Under the pieces are notes generated by a model. The model saw only the letters and a program-made list of their open reading frames with translations, was not told where the DNA came from and ran no database searches. The position numbers and the translations under genes were made by a program. From Antedon mediterranea (taxonomy: Eukaryota; Animalia; Echinodermata): a DNA stretch of 64,000 nt. Shown here piece after piece: positions 60,942-64,000 of this stretch (position 1 is the stretch's first letter; each line of letters starts with the position of its first letter). The stretch covers positions 32,990,437-33,054,436 of the forward strand of contig NC_092672.1 in NCBI RefSeq assembly GCF_964355755.1, written 5' to 3'.

Positions 60942-61609
60942 CCGTACTGACGCGGGTATAAGCCCATACTCGGGTATAAGCCCATCCCCGACTTTTGACT
61001 AATTTTCATGAAAAATTAGGCACTCGGGTATAAGCCCACCCATTAATTCGAAGATCTACAGTGTGTGTCGTAATACATTATTTTGTATTTGGCGACGTCC
61101 ATACACCGAATACACCTACCTTTGATCATAACCAAGCTAGGCTAATATACGCTAGGCCATATGAGGCCTAGCAGTCCTGTTTTGTTTACACTCCATCGCG
61201 GTCAAAGATCGCTTCACACACGACGCTACAAGTCGCCAAAACGGAAAACCACTATTTGGTATCGGCTGCCATAAACAAGCTTATTAAATTTCTTTGGTAC
61301 ATTTCTATTTAATGAACATTGTATACTTGCTTTTCTGCTTGATAAATTCTTGTTCAATTGATGTTTAAAATAAGGTATTCTACGATAAATTACACGAACT
61401 ATAAGCTTAATTTTCCGACACTCTACACCTCGTGTATTTTAGAGGCAACGTCGTACACGTGAGGACGCTCGCTCGCATGGTGGAATACACAGTGTACATG
61501 TGCCGTTTTTGACGATCTGCATTTTTGGATCCTCGGGTATAAGCCCACCCCCCAAACTTTACGTGATTTCATGTTCAAGGGGGGTGGGCTTATACCCGCG
61601 TCAGTACGG
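60942..61609. mobile_element. Tc1/mariner-pogo type MITE with TA TSD
   Basis: TA|CCGTACTGACGCGGGTATAAGCCCA ... TGGGCTTATACCCGCGTCAGTACGG|TA perfect TIR; subterminal CTCGGGTATAAGCCCA repeats; older relative at ~30060-30205. Confidence 0.9.
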
Positions 61610-61934
61610 TAGTTATAAATATAGTCATTATAAATGTAGATAATGTTTAAATTTCAGGGCTATAGAAACGATGACAACATTTAAAATAAATTATTGATTC
61701 GTTTTTGTACGTCAAATAATTGAGTTTTAGTAGAAACACAAAATACTGATTTATTCACTTCCATGTGTTGCAGGAAGAATAGGAAGTAACAGTCTGCCGG
61801 TGGTTGCGGTTAAATACCAACTAAAACTACATCTATGCTAATCCAGAGGAAAAGAGGCGTATCCATCCATACAGTATTTTGGAATGATATCAGAAAATCA
61901 TTTTCATTATTCCAAAAGAACCATCTAATAATAA

Positions 61935-62252
61935 TATTTATATAACACCTATATAAATTCCTGTCATTTGATTGGACGAATGTGGGTCACATGGCGTGCA
62001 ATAGTACGCACTATTCAACGGTCGTTAAATTGTACTTTTTGAAACATTTTTGTGTACGAAAAAAAAACGTCTAGATGTTATATAAAACAAATAATGAATG
62101 TTTTGTATTCGTGTAATGGTACAAATAATGGCACTTGGTGAATGATGAAAGGTTATATCAACTCGGCTTTGCCTCGTTGATATAACCTTTCATCATTCAC
62201 CTCGTGCCATTATTTGTACCATTGCACTCATAAACATTCATTATTTGTATAT
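61935..62252. mobile_element. Element ending in a ~170-bp near-perfect palindrome (possibly non-autonomous Crypton-like)
   Basis: 62080-62252 hairpin centred on ACTCGGCTTTGCCTCGT; second IR TTATATAACA...TGTTATATAA. Confidence 0.55.
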
Positions 62253-62436
62253 TAATGACCTTGGTGGTTTTGGTTGATGTAGTTTTCAAGACTCAGATGA
62301 GATATCATATACAGTAGAACAATCATAAATAGAATGAAGAAAATGGAAAAAACTTTCCTGGTAAAACCAACTCTCTAAAAGTAGAAAACTGGATATTCCA
62401 AAATGTTTGAAACTCATTACTGTATACTGTACTATT

Positions 62437-62592
62437 GAGTGAGTGAGTGGCCGAGCGGTTAAGACAGTGGAACCGTAATTACGTAGCCATAACATCGGCA
62501 GGGGTTCGAGGCTCACTCACTCCATGGTTCTGGTGGTAGAACGAGTCTTCTCGGATAAGGACTATAAACCGTAGGTCCAGTGTACACATCTA
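62437..62592 (+). mobile_element. tRNA-derived SINE 5' half, cut by the downstream LINE
   Basis: A box TGGCCGAGCGG, B box GGTTCGAG; homology to the 39.5-39.9 kb copy stops after GTGTACACATCT. Confidence 0.82.
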
Positions 62593-64000
62593 TATGGTCG
62601 CTGTCATTACTGCTTGACTATCGGTTCAAATTGAACCGTATTTTCATTACTTTTATTTGATTCTATATGTCGTCTTGTCCTGCATTTGTTTTGTGGATGT
62701 CACTTTTATTCAGATCGTCTTGTATTTGTATGTAATTTGAGAATTTTAAGCGAGATTTACTGACTTTACTTTTGCTAAGTGACTTAGCCCCAGTGTGTTA
62801 CAACAATAGAGAACTATTCAAGTGAACGACGACAGTGTGCATACTATGCCGCCTGGAATGTCTACGAATAACACTACAAAATATACAGGGGTGGCTAGAT
62901 ACATACCTTGCCTTCGTGAGTATGAACTACATTGTAATCAACCTTGCTGTGTTAAGAATAAAAATAGAAGAAAGAAAAGAGCGGGTAGAAAACTGAGACG
63001 TAAAATTAAAGTACAAATAACTACTAGGAGGCTTAATATGCCTGACCATCAGAAACGTTCCCAATGTCAACATAATTTAATCAGTATTAGGACAGAACCA
63101 AAGACAAAAGTATTTTGCCCAAGCCCACGAATTTTTCTATCCAATGCCAGATCACTAAAGAACAAAGTTGATGAGTTTGAAACTAAGATTTTGAAACTTG
63201 GCATCGATGTAGCTGTTATCACTGAATCCTGGCTGAATGATCAAACTGAAGCAATAGCTAACATTCCTCGATACACTTGTATTACCAAGAATAGAAACGA
63301 ACGTAGTGGCGGGGGAATCGCTTTGTTTGTAGCAGAAAAGTTTTGTGTGAATACTATCGACGAGCATCCTTTATGTAACTACGAATGTTGTTGGAGGAAA
63401 ATAGTGTCACCTACTACTGGCAGAACGTCGCAAAACATTTACATTGGGGCTGTTTATTACCCACCATCAGCAGAAGGTAGTGAGGATTTGTTAAACCATC
63501 TAATACAGACAGTTGATTCTATTCGCACCAAAGACATGTCTACACCTATTATCATATTGGGTGATTTTAACGACTTAGACACTGACCAACTCACGTCTAG
63601 TCTTGCCTTAACCCAGATCGTTAATTTTCATACACGTGGGACGTCTCTTCTTGATAAGATCTTTATGAGCCATCCCGAACATTATCACCTTCCAGAACGC
63701 CATGCGCCTTTAGGGCGTAGTGATCATGATTCTATCGTCGTCATGCCACTCAATGAGATCATACAATCAAAATACGTTCACATAAAATTGAGACCTTACA
63801 CCGACTCTTCAATTAGAAGCTTTGGTCAGTGGATAACCAGCCATGGTTGGGATGAGGTATTTGACGCTGATACCTGTAATGGTAAAACTGATGCGCTTAC
63901 GCTATCACTGAGAAGTGCTTTCAATCATAGTTTCCCAATTAAGAGTCTTCGTAAACGTGTTGCTGACCGACCGTGGATAACCACTAAAATAAGACGCCTG
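62593..64000 (+). mobile_element. LINE (CR1/L2/Rex-Babar group) 5' end; uninterrupted APE-endonuclease ORF from 62846 to beyond 64000
   Basis: Frame open to the window edge: RRKKRAG, LSNARSLKNK, VITESWL, RSGGGIALFV, VYYPP, ILGDFN, TRGTSLLDKI, LGRSDH, RPWIT. Confidence 0.92.

Overview
AT-rich, intron-containing animal genomic DNA; an invertebrate, possibly an echinoderm, is my inference from style only. Five spliced protein-coding genes were reconstructed by hand from GT-AG sites with consistent phases. (1) ZNF362/ZNF384/rotund/lin-29-family C2H2 factor (minus). (2) Nucleolin-like Lys/Glu-rich two-RRM protein (plus), head-to-head with gene 1. (3) TMCO4-like alpha/beta hydrolase with a ~500-aa acidic N-terminal extension (minus). 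(4) GH56 hyaluronidase (plus) whose signal-peptide coding sequence is interrupted by a young 866-bp TG...CA MITE. (5) The 3' part of D-glucuronyl C5-epimerase GLCE (minus). The rest is dense in repeats: MITEs, SINEs, a nested ~4.6-kb foldback element with a 1.59-kb tandem duplication, a LINE 3' fragment, an open LINE endonuclease ORF running off the right edge, and minisatellites. Most notable: the MITE family carrying ~20 TTGCGCAA palindromes, the disrupted hyaluronidase, and TAGGCCTA/CTAG tracts next to inferred transcription starts. No database searches were possible.
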